Shown one piece after another: positions 52,017 through 64,000 of a stretch of DNA of 64,000 nucleotides. Origin of the DNA: Laetmonice hystrix (lineage: Eukaryota). Position 1 is the stretch's first letter; each line of letters starts with the position of its first letter. The stretch is taken from positions 45,758,001-45,822,000 of the forward strand of contig OZ249436.1 of assembly GCA_965235115.1 (NCBI GenBank). Reading direction: 5' to 3'. Position numbers and translations under genes: made by a program. The notes under the pieces were generated by a model. The model had not been told where the DNA came from, searched no databases, and saw only the letters and a list, made by a program, of their open reading frames with translations.

Positions 52017-53130
52017 GAGAATTATGCCATTATCATTACATATCACAGTGGTTCAGCCAACTTCCTGATCACGTGCAAAATAGACAAATTTCAAAGTAAC
52101 GTGACTCAGCCATATGACGTCAGAATTTAAAAAAAAAACTGCCATAAACCGATCAGCCCCACTATGGCGAAGGTATATTCCAAATCTGGGGAAGATTCCC
52201 CAAAAAAGAGAGGGAGTAGATACATTTTGACCAGCAAAGGGCATGGGGTACCGACAGACCACTTAGCCACCTGTGTGTACACACAAAAATTTCTTCAAAA
52301 TAAAAAATATAAAAATGAATACCAAAAAAAGGGGTTGACATAGGTGGGATTTGAAGGCAATACCCTTGTCATGAAATTCCCACACACCTGTTCAAACACA
52401 TATTTTGTAGAGTAGAAAATATTTTTTTTTAAAACCATGCCATGGGTAGGATTCGAATCCACGACCCTTGGCAAGAAAGTCCTACACTCTACCACTGCAC
52501 CATCCGTGCACGCACACAATTAGTAGAGTCCTGCAATAAATTAATGACCATTGGCATAGAAGTAAACAATGATACATTACATCATACCGGGGAGACGCCA
52601 TCCCAGGCTTAAGGCCTGTACCCACTAGCGCGTTTTACCGCTGCGGTCCACGCTGAGCGACAAAACGCGCTAGTGGGTTCAGGCCTTTAGCTGTCATTGT
52701 TGTATTCATCGTGATAAAATTCGGACTCCCACGTAATTCGGAAATGTCCACATATCTCCTGAAGGCGGTGGTGCTTGCCGTAAGGCCTGAAGCCACTAGC
52801 GCGTTTTGTCGCTCAGCGTGGACCGCAGCGGTAAAACGCGCTAGTGGGTACAGGCCTTAAAGGTCCACATTGGAAGAGAGCTATTTACCAAGATTACCGG
52901 AGGTAGAAAATATATAAATAAATGAACAAATCTTTTGTCACAGGTGGGATTCGAACCCCAGATCTCTGGCATGAAGATGATAAACTGTACCACTGAGCCA
53001 TCCAGGCACACCCTCAGTTTGTTGAGTGTTGCTGTAAATGAATCACCATTGTGGTAAATAACTGTGTGTTACGTCATACCATCGTTACGTCATAGCAGGC
53101 TTATAAAGGACGCCTAGTGGAAGAGAATTA
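52017..53130. mobile_element. Right-hand copies of the flanking repeat block, with tRNA-derived segments (about 52342-52380 partial, 52445-52505 and 52944-53003, minus strand)
   Basis: A-box (TGGCTCAGTGG) and B-box (GTTCGAATCC) like sequences without a paired acceptor stem; similar to 34420-34952. Confidence 0.65.
52613..52856. mobile_element. MITE flanked by TTAA, each arm itself palindromic (Kolobok- or Harbinger-like)
   Basis: ttaa|ggcctgtacccactagcgcgtttt ... aaaacgcgctagtgggtacaggcc|ttaa. The related copies at about 34918 and 53098 lack the insert. Confidence 0.88.
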
Positions 53131-53647
53131 TGATTTTTAGTTACCGCATTCTACTGTAGAGGTCCTTTGGGTTTCGAGCTCTATCTTAGTTCTCTGTTTA
53201 ATGTTCCTTGGAGAATTAGTCCCTCTAGCGACTTCAATCAGAATTCGCACGTACACCATCTAGCGGTTCACCTTAAAGCAACCAGTCAGTTTCTCTCATT
53301 TCTTATTTCAATAACTCCAAAATGCAGACATGGACTGTTAGGTTAGATAAGGCTTTAGACGACATAAATCAATAGATGTTTACCCAGAGAAATGGAGAAG
53401 TCTAATGAAATTCAACATTCAGGTTTACTGTTGTCGCCATGAAGCGAACGTCTTATGGCTGGTTATTGACCTGGGGCCGGTTCGTTAAAATTCTAATTGA
53501 AAATACATGGGGAAATTAACGAACGGACAGTCATGCAAATGGCCCCTGGCATTGACTCGGACAGCCTATGAGATTCATCGAGCGATGAACGATGCATTTC
53601 CACAGCACCTTCCCTTCCCCTAACTCCTGTGTTTGGAATAACATTAG

Positions 53648-55392
53648 GAGTATCATGGCGAGAAGTTATGTCCTGAATGATCGGAGTATCACAACTAGAA
53701 GTTATGTCCTGAATGATCGGAGTATCATAACTAGAAGTTATGTCCTGAATGATCGGAGTATCATAACTAGAAGTTATGTCCTGAATGATCGGAGTATCAT
53801 AACTAGAAGTTATGTCCTGAATGATCGGAGTATCATAACTAGAAGTTATGTCCTGAATGTTTGGAGTATCATAGCTAGAAGTTATGTCCTGAATGATCGG
53901 AGTATCATAGTTAGAAGTTATGTCCTGAATGATCGGAATATCATAGTTAGAAGGTATGTCCTGAATGATCGGAATATCATAGTTAGAAGTTATGTCCTGA
54001 ATGATCGGAGTATCATAACTAGAAGTTATGTCCTGAATGATCGGAGTATCATAGTTAGAAGTTATGTCCTGAATGATCGGAGGATCATAACTAGAAGTTA
54101 TGTCCTGAATGATCGGATTATCATAACTAGAAGTTATGTCCTGAATGATCGGAGTGTCATAGCTAGAAGTTATGTCCTGAATGATCGGAGTATCATAGTT
54201 AGAAGTTATGTCCTGAATGATCGGAGTATCATAACTAGAAGTTATGTCCTGAATGATCGGAGTATCATAACTAGAAGTTATGTCCTGAATGATCGGAGTA
54301 TCATAGTTAGAAGTTATGTCCTGAATGATCGGAGTATCATAGCTAGAAGTTATGTCCTGAATGATCGGAGTATCATAGTTAGAAGTTATGTCCTAAATGA
54401 CCGGAGTATCATAGCTAGAAGTTATGTCCTGAATGATCGGAGTATCATAACTAGAAGTTATGTCCTGAATGATCGGAGTATCATAGTTAGAAGTTATGTC
54501 CTAAATGATCGGAGTATCATAGCTAGAAGTTATGTCCTGAATGATCGGAGTGTCATAGCTAGGAGTTATGTCCTGAATGATCAGAGTATCATAACTAGAA
54601 GTTATGTCCTGAATGATCGGAGTATCATAGTTAGAAGTTATGTCCTGAATCATCGGAGTATCATAACTAGAAGTATGTCCTGAATGATCGGAGTATCATA
54701 ACTAGAAGTTATGTCCTGAATGATCGGAGTATCATAGTTAGAAGTTATGTCCTAAATGACCGGAGTATCATAGCTAGAAGTTATGTCCTGAATGATCGGA
54801 GTATCATAACTAGAAGTTATGTCCTGAATGATCGGAGTATCATAGTTAGAAGTTATGTCCTAAATGATCGGAGTATCATAGCTAGAAGTTATGTCCTGAA
54901 TGATCGGAGTGTCATAGCTAGAAGTTATGTCCTGAATGATCGGAGTATCATAGTTAGAAGTTATGTCCTGAATGATCGGAGTATCATAGTTAGAAGTTAT
55001 GTCCTGAATGATCGGAGTATCATAGCTAGAAGTTATGTCCTGAATGATGGGAGTATCATAGTTAGAAGTTATGTCCTGAATGATCGGAGTATCATAGTTA
55101 GAAGTTATGTTCTGAATGATCGGAGTATCATAACTAGAAGTTATGTCCTGAATGATCGGAGTATCATAACTAGAAGTTATGTCCTGAATGATCGGAGTAT
55201 CATAGCTAGAAGTTATGTCCTAAATGATAGGAGTATCATAACTAGAAGTTATGTCCGGAGTATCATAACTAGAATTTATGTCCTAAATGATCGGAGTATC
55301 ATAACTAGAAGTTATGTCCGGAGTATCATAACTAGAATTTATGTCCTAAATGATCGGAGTATCATAACTAGAAGCTATGTCCTAAATGACCG
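53648..55392. repeat. 36-bp minisatellite, about 48 copies
   Basis: Unit agaagttatgtcctgaatgatcggagtatcataact. Confidence 0.97.
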
Positions 55393-57924
55393 GCATATCA
55401 AATCCAGAACAAGGTGAATCATCAGAATGTACTCCGAATAAACCCGCACAGTATGAAGGTAAACACATCTTTCACTGTCACTGATACAAGTCAAGTTATG
55501 CGCGCCTCATAGAAAGCGTGAATCATACATGTTTCCAAGTTAATAGGGGCAAACTGTAATGCGAGGTCACGTCTGTAAATTATCCTATTTTCCATTGTCC
55601 ACGGATGTTTCCATTTCTTGTACCAAAGCCATGTAGGCACAGTGAGATGATGCAGTCATATTCATTCAGGTATTGGTGTGCTGCCTATTGATGGTCGCTG
55701 CGCCTCAGGTCTGCAGGTTCTCAAACTGGTTTTTTTAATGGAAAGTGGCGGCCATTTAGCCGATGTATCATTATTATATATTGAGCGATAACCCCCAAAA
55801 ATGTAAGCGACGCCGCGACCTCCCCCCCCCCCCCCCCGTCAAACAGGCGAACAGTCGCTTCAACTTACAGAAAATGTTGGTCAGGAGATAGTAATATATT
55901 TAGGAGGGGGGGGGGCATTTTGCTTGAGGTAATATTGGAGGGGGGCATTTTGCTTGATGTAGTGGAACATGGTTGTATTATATCGATACATAGATCTACC
56001 CAGATCTACGATTGTTGGGAGGCCAGGCCCCACAATAAAATATATATAGGGGGCCAGTGTCCTCCCCCCTTCAGCCGCCTATGATATAGGGCGTAGGTCT
56101 AGAATTCTATCTCTACATTTTATGGTAAGGCCAAAGTTATTTGAAAGTTCGATAAATTTACGAAAACTTTGGTACAGAAAACAGAGTTGGCGGCTGTAAA
56201 AAGAAAAGTTATTCAGGGTTAGCGCCAAGCTCTCCTCCCCCATGATCCAAATCTTTACAGGTGGACGCAGCCTATAGTCACAGTCCATTGTTTCAGGACT
56301 GAGCGTATTTTTTTCGGCAGGGAGAAAATAAATGAAATTGGCTTCATGGAGTCCACCCCCTTTGGGAAATCTATAGTCTGCAGGCGCATTAAAACTATCA
56401 ATAATTATTAGTCTCGCCTGGCAACTTGTCTTGTCTTTGGTGTAGGAACGTCCTACAAGTAGGCCTTTCATATCTAGACGCACGTGGACGTACAGGTCGT
56501 CCTGCGTCCTGGCATGGCTGGTAGAAGGACCTGATCGGAACTCCATGATCGTGGTGTTCATTACTGGTAACAATACCTACTCCGGGCTCATTCAGCAACT
56601 ACAGTAACACGAGTACCACTTCTATACTCGCTCATCCATAACCTTTCATTAAACTAGGTCACACCCCCTCCCTCCATGCTGGAGATAAACCATTCAATCC
56701 TCGTGCCCATTTTTTGTAAGTTTCCAAAGATAGAGTCTATGCGAGATGATATTTCATAGAGGCCCGCATGCAGAGTGCGTGTAGCCTGCGTGCATAACTT
56801 TTAAAACATGCGTTCTGTTGCAGCGGTATTATACCTGATGGACAGGTCTCTATCTATCCACCTGTGACAATTCTATTCAACCCAATATTTAAACAATTGC
56901 TCTATAACAGTGCGCCCTCATTCCCTAGCGGAGTGTCGCAGACGACTTGTCTTGGAGTCAGTATTGGACACAAAGGTAGCCTGTAGGCCTAGAGGTGATA
57001 TCACCACCCCACCCACCTTGTGCTGATTGAGGTAACACCTGTTACCACGCCTTGTGATGTCAGCGTTACCTGCACCGATCTCTGCCGCTATATATAAACA
57101 CTCCAAGTCCACTACGTCTCAGAACCGTCCACATCTCCGAGCCTGCGCACGGGATGGGCAGGAGACACTGAACACAGACCGTGTATAGTTCCTATATAGG
57201 GGGCCTAATACCGACGACCCAATCTTTAAACTTCAACCATTGCAAGCATTAACAATCAACAACCTCCAAACAGTAAGTGCCACTTTCCTTATTTTTTCTT
57301 TAGGGACAATATTTTAGAGTTCATTTAATTATAATCCTTTCACGCCACTTTTTGTAGCCAGGTTTGCGAACTAAGAGAAGTTAAGTGAGAAGTTAAAGAA
57401 AGGTTAAATACGATACTGTGCAGAAAGTATTGAAATATACATCGATCTCTCCAAAAGACAATCTGATTGGTGGCCAACATATTACAGATAAGATATACAT
57501 CTTATACCCTAAAATAGCTAGAAATATCATCGTTTTCCTGTGACTGATGACCAGCAAACCGACACAAACCAAGTAAAAGACCATCGTCTCTTTCAATCCA
57601 ATGGAAAATATCCGATTTTATCCGCACATTTCGCAACATTTACCCAAAATGAAATCATGAGTCATGACATTTGAACATGTAGCGGTATGATGAGCTGTAA
57701 AGCATGTTATGTATAGACATAATTAACGGATCTAAAATGACATTATATACGAAAAATTGCATTACGCACGCCAATTTTTGTCCACGGGGACCACAAATAA
57801 ACAATAATGTCAAAATGTGTGTGTGTGTGTGTCGCTCTTAATGGCTGCGGCACAATGTGCGGCGCATACCGCAAAATCAGCAGCGGAGTCTACAAAAACT
57901 ACGGAACTGTCGCTAACACGCTCT

Positions 57925-58183
57925 GGTGGGTGGGTGGGTATTTGGGGTTTTACGCCTTGCAACAGCCAGGGTCATATCACGGCGGTGAAGATGATGATGA
58001 AAGTCAGTTTTTCGTGGTGGAGGAAACCGGAGTACCCGGAGGAAACCACCGACCATCGAGAAAGAACTGACTGACAAACCTTTCACACATGCAGCCCAGG
58101 CCGGGGATCGAACCCGGATCGCAGCGGTGTGAGGCGATGGTCATAGGCGTCATGAGCCAACACCTTAGACAATTCGGCCACCC
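57925..58183 (-). mobile_element. tRNA-derived SINE with a V-SINE-like core
   Basis: Minus strand: A box TGGCCGAATTG, B box GGTTCGATCCC, core GGTTTCCTCCGGGTACTCCGGTTTCCTCC, and a 3' end ...GGCGTAAAACCCC followed by a simple-repeat tail. Confidence 0.8.
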
Positions 58184-58935
58184 GGTGAAGTCTATGACTG
58201 GCAGTCTAGGAGTTTTGTGGCCGGGTCCACAGTCCAACTGTCTCACTGAACGACTCACGTCTGGTTCGGCTCGGCAGAATATACTTTATGGCATTGTTCC
58301 GTACCAGTACAGCGAGTATTATTCATTTACATGCTTTATGTTATGTTGTTTTCATCAAAGCTTATCTCTTGAAAATTGCGGGTAAATAAACCTTAAAAAT
58401 CTGCAATTTCTAGATTCTCCGTGGCGATGACGACTGCGGGCGGGAGAGGAACTATTCTTCCACGGAAAGGATCGCACCCAAGTCAGGTTTTCCCCGACAG
58501 AGGGCGCACTCCCCCATCGTCACAGTCAAACGAAATCAAGACCAGGATTTAGGGTTATAGGGGTGGGGCTTGCAATGGGTATTTTTCTTGGGGGGGGGGA
58601 GATAATGGATTTGTTACGTACCCTGGTGACCCATGCCGAGAGGCGAGGCCCACATATCCCGGTGTATCGTTGACGGTTTTTGTCAGAGGCACGGTGATCA
58701 ACCTTCCATGACTCTGTAGAAAGCCGTCGGCAGACACCGAAACTAACCTTCAAAATGGCCGCCAATTACGTCATCGCAACGTCGTCTGCGTCTCTACGTT
58801 ACGTTCTCATATCGACTGCACCTTTGTGCTAAATATATAGCGGTGTATAGACCTATCGTACTTAACTCTCTAGTAATTAGTTTTTGTTTCGTCTCTTTCG
58901 TTCTGTTATTCCGCCCTCATTGAATTATCTATCTC

Positions 58936-59198
58936 TAATATCAAAAGATATCTTTGCCAAAGATATCTTTGGCAAGGATATCTTTTGGACTAGTGCAGTC
59001 TGCATGGGGGGAGGAGTGCGTTTCAATATAGCCCAAAGATATCTTTGAAAACCTCGCTGGAGCCACCTGCGAGGCTTTTATTGAAACACTCGCTCTCCCC
59101 CCATGCAGACTGCACTAGTCCAAAAGATATCTTTGCCAAAGATATCTTTGGCAAAGATATCTTTGGCAAAGATATCTTTTGATATTGAAACGCAACCC
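58936..59198. mobile_element. Foldback MITE built from caaagatatctttg palindromes; left end truncated
   Basis: aatatcaaaagatatctttg...ggactagtgcagtctgcatgggggga pairs with tccccccatgcagactgcactagtcc...gatatcttttgatatt; the right terminus is gaaacgcaaccc. Confidence 0.75.
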
Positions 59199-60552
59199 GG
59201 GCCGGCGGGAGACCTATGGTTTGTAAAACCGACTAGACCCTACACAATCAATTAAAGTTCACGCGAGCCAGCTGTGTCATCCTGGTTTCGAATTTTTTTT
59301 TATTCCCAGTAATGTGCATTATACATGTATAATGTATCCTTGGCACAGGTGCATCCACCTGCACACCATCATGGCATTCTCAATCCTGTCTATGATTCAT
59401 GAACACGAGGCTTGCCTTTGTCCTGGACGCTTACGGTAACAAATGTAATGAATCGCTTAGAAATGCGTCCCAGCCCTGGCTCTGCGGGTCTATTATCACA
59501 TGTAGACCGGTATTATCTTTCTGTAGATCAACACAATCATCTACCTGTACTGGTATAAAACTACTGTCACTGGAGAAAAGTCTCTTTTTGTCTGTAACAA
59601 TGCCACCATTGAAACCATTTACAGTATTAACACAAGGCAAATGGCCCACGGAACCATTAACACAAAGCAAATGGCCCACGAAACCATTTGAAGAATTCCC
59701 CTTTCAGGCTTCCAATTAACATTTATGTCTCTTCCACATTTCAAAGCAAGAAATACACTTTAACAGTATACAATCAAATTATAATACATGGTGTCCTATA
59801 TACTGGTATAATTATAATGTCTTTCAGTGACATTAGGACTCACATTCCGGTGCACATTCAAAGGATGTACATATTTCAAGAGGAGAACAGTTAGTAAACT
59901 TAGTAACCATTACGAACGATCACCAGTTCTCCCTACATGTACGACCTCCGCTTCAGTCAAATCAATTCTACTAATAACCTTCCCATGCCTTTGGACGACA
60001 CTAGTCAATTTAATTTTGGCTCTATATCCCTTCACAGCAGTATTATCATTAAATACATTCTTCGTTCGATTTTGAAACTCTTGGCCTGCAAGACCCGTCA
60101 ATTCGAACGGACATAATCAACCCTTGGAGAGAGCACATAGTTAAGTGATTATAATGGTATGTACAACGAGGCCCACCGCTACATTAGTGACCAGTTCTGT
60201 AATATGTTAGTTCTTAGCCAGCCCTCCTTATGTATCTGTGACACTGAAGTCTTTCTACAGGACGACATCCCCTTATAAAGTAAGAGAAACCGTTCTGGAT
60301 TTATTGTGTAACGTCAGCCAGTGGCCGCCTGACGTACGTGGATTTAGTACTGTGTACCACAAGGTAACCTAAATTTCACATCAGTGTAGAAAATGCGATC
60401 CTTAATAGAGAAAGCAATATACACTGTACACTGTTTAACTGTTGTTATGGGCCGCCTACCTTTGGTGCCAGAACCATTTAGTAGTGAAATTTGAAATGGA
60501 AGCGCCGTTTTCAACTCGAGGACAGATGAAACAACAATACCTGTAGCTCGAC

Positions 60553-61433
60553 TGGTATGACACTGTCGTCAAAAGATAAGATTGGTATGACACTGTCGTC
60601 ATCAGATAAGATTGGTAGTATGATACTGTCGTCATCAGATAAAGATTGGTATGGTACTGTCGTCAAAAGATAAGATTGGTATGATACTGTCGTCATCAGA
60701 TAAGATTGGTACGATACTGTCGTCATCAGATAAGATTGGTATGATACTGTCGTCATCAGATAAGATTGGTATGATACTGTCGTCATCAAATAAGATTGGT
60801 AGTATGATACTGTCGTCATAAGATAAGATTGGTAGTATGATGCTGTCGTCATCAGATAAGATTGGTATGATACTGTCGTCATCAGATAAAGATTGGTATG
60901 GTACTGTCGTCAAAAGATAAGATTGGTATGATACTGTCGTCATCAGATAAGATTGGTACGATACTGTCGTCATCAGATAAGATTGGTACGATACTGTCGT
61001 CATCAGATAAGATTGGTATGATACTGTCGTCATCAGATAAGATTGGTATGATACTGTCGCCATCAGATCAGATTGGTATGATACTGTCGCCATCAGATCA
61101 GATTGGTATGATACTGTCGTCATAAGATAAGATTGGTATGATACTGTCGTCATCAGATAAGATTGGTATGATACTGTCGCCATCAGATCAGATTGGTATG
61201 ATACTGTCGTCATAAGATAAGATTGGTAGTATGATGCTGTCGTCATCAGATAAGATTGGTATGATACTGTCGCCATCAGATATGATTGGTAAGATGCTGT
61301 CGTCATCAGATAAGATTGGTATGATACTGTCGTCATAAGATAAGATTACTATGATACTGTCGCCATCAGATAAGATTGGTATGATACTGTCGTCATCAGA
61401 TAAGATTGGTAGTATGATACTGTCGTCATAAGA
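60553..61433. repeat. 30-bp minisatellite (31- and 33-bp variants), about 29 copies
   Basis: Unit gatactgtcgtcatcagataagattggtat. Confidence 0.96.
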
Positions 61434-62118
61434 AGGTGTGACGTCTATAGGAGTATCACATGGTCACTGATTAAAGCTTCACCTTGACAATATCTTTGTT
61501 AGACAATGAACAGCAAGTCACTTCTTACCGTCAACTATCAGCATTAATCTCGCCTTTCTGTTGATAATCACTTGGGATGTCATAGGGAAGGCAGAGTAAT
61601 ATCACTCAAAATGGAAGGCGCAGATTCATAAAATAACTAGAGGGACTCCGGTATTAATAACGTTGATTACACGTAACATTGAATCTGCCACTTGTAAAAT
61701 CTCATGTCTATGACGCTATACAATGCTACGCGACGCAAGCAGCCAGTGTCAGATCTGTATGCAGTGTAATATGTAATATAAAATGTAATATGACAATGTT
61801 AAATATTGACTTATCTTAGTCTTTGTAAGTTTCGGGGGTAGAACACGTCTCAGATGACAAGCCTAGGAAATTATTGAATGGATGTAACATGGCACATACG
61901 GGACCGATTTTCTTACAATTAGTGCTACATGTCCAAATTATTTATTGTCAAAATATAAAATCTACAGTCCCCCAAAATCTAGATTTTCAGGTCCGATTGA
62001 AAGCCTCTGCTAACCCTGATTCTCTAACTGTACACGATACATTTTAACTCATTCTAAAACGGAATTTCGCTCTGTTTTCTTCTCACCTGAGTAGTTTGAT
62101 AATTAAGTAGAACGCTCA

Positions 62119-63158
62119 TTATGCCTTTGATGATTTGTTATCAGAACCATACATTGGGTTGATATTGTCCAAGAGATCATTTTCGTCGTCGAGGTAATCG
62201 TTAACAACCAGTCCAGCCGAATCGCTGTGCTTTTTCTCATTGGTCAAACCTCCGTTTTGCTGCGGCATTGCCAGGTCTAAATCCACGTCTGACAAGTCGT
62301 AGAGTTTATTGGCAAACTGATGGCTGTTAGACTTTGCGGCGTCGAGAGCATGAGGCATGTTGTCCATCTCTGCCCCGGATTCCTGCAGACGCTGTCTTCT
62401 GAAGGCACTATGCGGCCCTTGGCGTCGATAGAGGATGATACCGACAATGACAGCGACCGCCACGAGCAGGATGACGAGTAGCGGGACGATGACAGCCACG
62501 ATTGGTGGCCCTGATGACTTCCTCTCCTGGGGAAGTACCTCTGGGTTGGTGCTTGTTGTTTGTGACTTGGCTGTTGTTGTTGCTGTGGTTGACGTCGAAG
62601 GTGTAGGTGTTGGAGTTGTTGTTGATGTTGTTGTTGATGTAGTTGTTGATGGTGTTGTTGGTTTTGTTGTTGGTTTGGTTGTAGATGGCGTGGGGGTCGT
62701 TGTGGTTGTTGTTGGTCTTGGAGTCTTGGTCCTGGGCCTCTTTCTGGTTGTTGTTGTCGATGGCGTGGTTGAAACTGTCGTGGAGGTCGACGGACGAGTC
62801 GTTGGTTTCGTTGTTGTAGTCGATGGCGTCGGTTTAGTTGTGGTTGTAGACGCCGTCGTCGGTTTAGTGGTGACCGTAGACGCCGTCGTCGGTTTAGTGG
62901 TGACCGTAGACGCCGTCGTCGGTTTAGTGGTGACCGTAGACGCCGTCGTCGGTTTAGTGGTGACCGTAGACGCCGTCGTCGGTTTAGTGGTGACCGTAGA
63001 CGCCGTCGTCGGTTTAGTGGTGACCGTAGACGCCGTCGTCGGTTTGGTGGTAGTCGACAACGTCGTCGTGGGACGCCGTGACGTCGTGGATCCACCACCA
63101 GATGGCAGCACTGTGACGACACTGCCACCTGCCGCCGCTGTCGATGTCGTTAGCGGAT
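62119..63158 (-). CDS. Last exon of the SRCR receptor: Thr-rich mucin stalk, transmembrane helix, cytoplasmic tail with NPxY
   Basis: Acceptor tgctctgctccag, phase 1. [10 protein letters not shown] repeats; TM segment [25 protein letters not shown] followed by RR; tail contains FANKLY and INPMY. Stop at 62119; AATAAA on the minus strand near 61941. Confidence 0.9.
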
Positions 63159-63373
63159 CTGGAGCAGAGCAAACGGTACTTTCATCGTAACGACAACAAT
63201 CGAATAGTAGTCGAGAGCAGATAGGATTTCCCCTCTGTGGACTAGCAATAATCCACTCTCTTTCCCCCAATAGCTCGATCGCAAAAGCCTAACCATGCCC
63301 AGGTTGGATTCGGTGAATGTGTTACAAGGAAAGGTGAGCAGAAATCGGTGTTTGAATGAAGGAATCGTCTCAC

Positions 63374-63555
63374 CAGTACAGATAACTCCAGCGTCCTCGT
63401 AGTGGGAACAGTCATGGAGACCCAGGCCAGGATGAGAACAGTTCTGTATGTCAGACTCATTACCCGTGCAGTTCAGCTCATCTATCCAAATATTCCCACG
63501 TCCGGCGCCAAAGTGCGCGTGACCGACGGCTTCTCCGGCCATGTAACCGTGCATT
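63374..63555 (-). CDS. Penultimate exon: C-terminal half of an SRCR (scavenger receptor cysteine-rich) domain
   Basis: [48 protein letters not shown] is a textbook SRCR motif. Acceptor ttctcccacag (phase 2), donor ACTG|gtgaga (phase 1). Confidence 0.93.
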
Positions 63556-63732
63556 CTGTGGGAGAAGAAGGAATTCATTTAATACATAATGAATTTAGTC
63601 AAAAATTAAAGAATTCAAACAAGATTTCAAACAAGATTTCAAGAATTCAAGAAAGAAGGAAAGATCTTGTTTTTTCAGAAACAAGATATGGAGATGTATT
63701 ATCTTGATTGCGGGGAGTGCCTAGTCTGTATC

Positions 63733-64000
63733 TGACACATACCTACCGCGGGACATAAATATAGAGACTTCTTGCGGTGTTAGGACCACCAATCCACACA
63801 ATGTAGCATGACACATACCTACCGCGGGACATAAATATAGAGACTTCTTGCGGTGTTAGGACCACCAATTCACACAATGTAGCATGACACATACCTACCG
63901 CGGGACATTAATATAGAGACTTCTTGCGGTGTTAGGACCACCAATTCACACAATGTAGCATGACACATACCTACCGCGGGACATTAATATAGAGACTTCT
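63733..64000. repeat. 76-bp minisatellite in the SRCR gene intron, running off the right edge
   Basis: tgacacatacctaccgcggg at 63733, 63809, 63885 and 63961. Confidence 0.95.

Noticed and set aside
53592..54683. 363-aa RSYVLND-repeat ORF
   Set aside because: A 36-bp minisatellite with frameshifting units; no unique coding flanks.
56079..60101. Short unique ORFs (56079-56573, 59431-59679, 59910-60101) as decayed transposase or viral genes
   Set aside because: I could not recognise any motif; a translated database search would be needed.
60553..61433. CTGATGA in the minus-strand 30-bp unit as a hammerhead ribozyme core
   Set aside because: No GAAA or supporting stems in the unit.
62277..63190. 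Overlapping 283-aa (Arg-rich) and 251-aa (Val-rich, antisense) ORFs
   Set aside because: Shadow frames of the Thr-rich mucin repeat.

Overview
Eukaryotic (animal, probably marine invertebrate) genomic DNA with spliceosomal introns; by my hand count roughly 45% of the window is tandem repeat. It holds three divergent chondroitin synthase/polymerizing-factor (CHSY/CHPF, GT31+GT7-type) paralogs. Gene A is on the minus strand with only its first coding exon (424-841) in the window. Gene B is on the minus strand with 4 coding exons (13974-10768, about 776 aa) and is CHPF-like, lacking both DxD motifs. Gene C is on the plus strand with 7 coding exons (22960-32930, about 688 aa), and its intron 2 contains an intact tRNA-Asp(GTC). 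The right end holds the last two exons of an SRCR-domain, mucin-stalk type I membrane receptor with an NPxY tail. Between these lie many minisatellites, several MITE-like elements, a tRNA-derived SINE and a 16.3-kb array of 19 units of about 865 bp with higher-order structure. The most striking pattern is that some minisatellites are built from the splice junctions of the host genes. About 24 copies of the acceptor plus exon start precede gene C exon 4, and six copies of the gene A donor region each have the GT destroyed. Most long ORFs in the supplied track are repeat artefacts. All gene models were assembled by hand from splice signals, phase and family similarity, without alignment tools.
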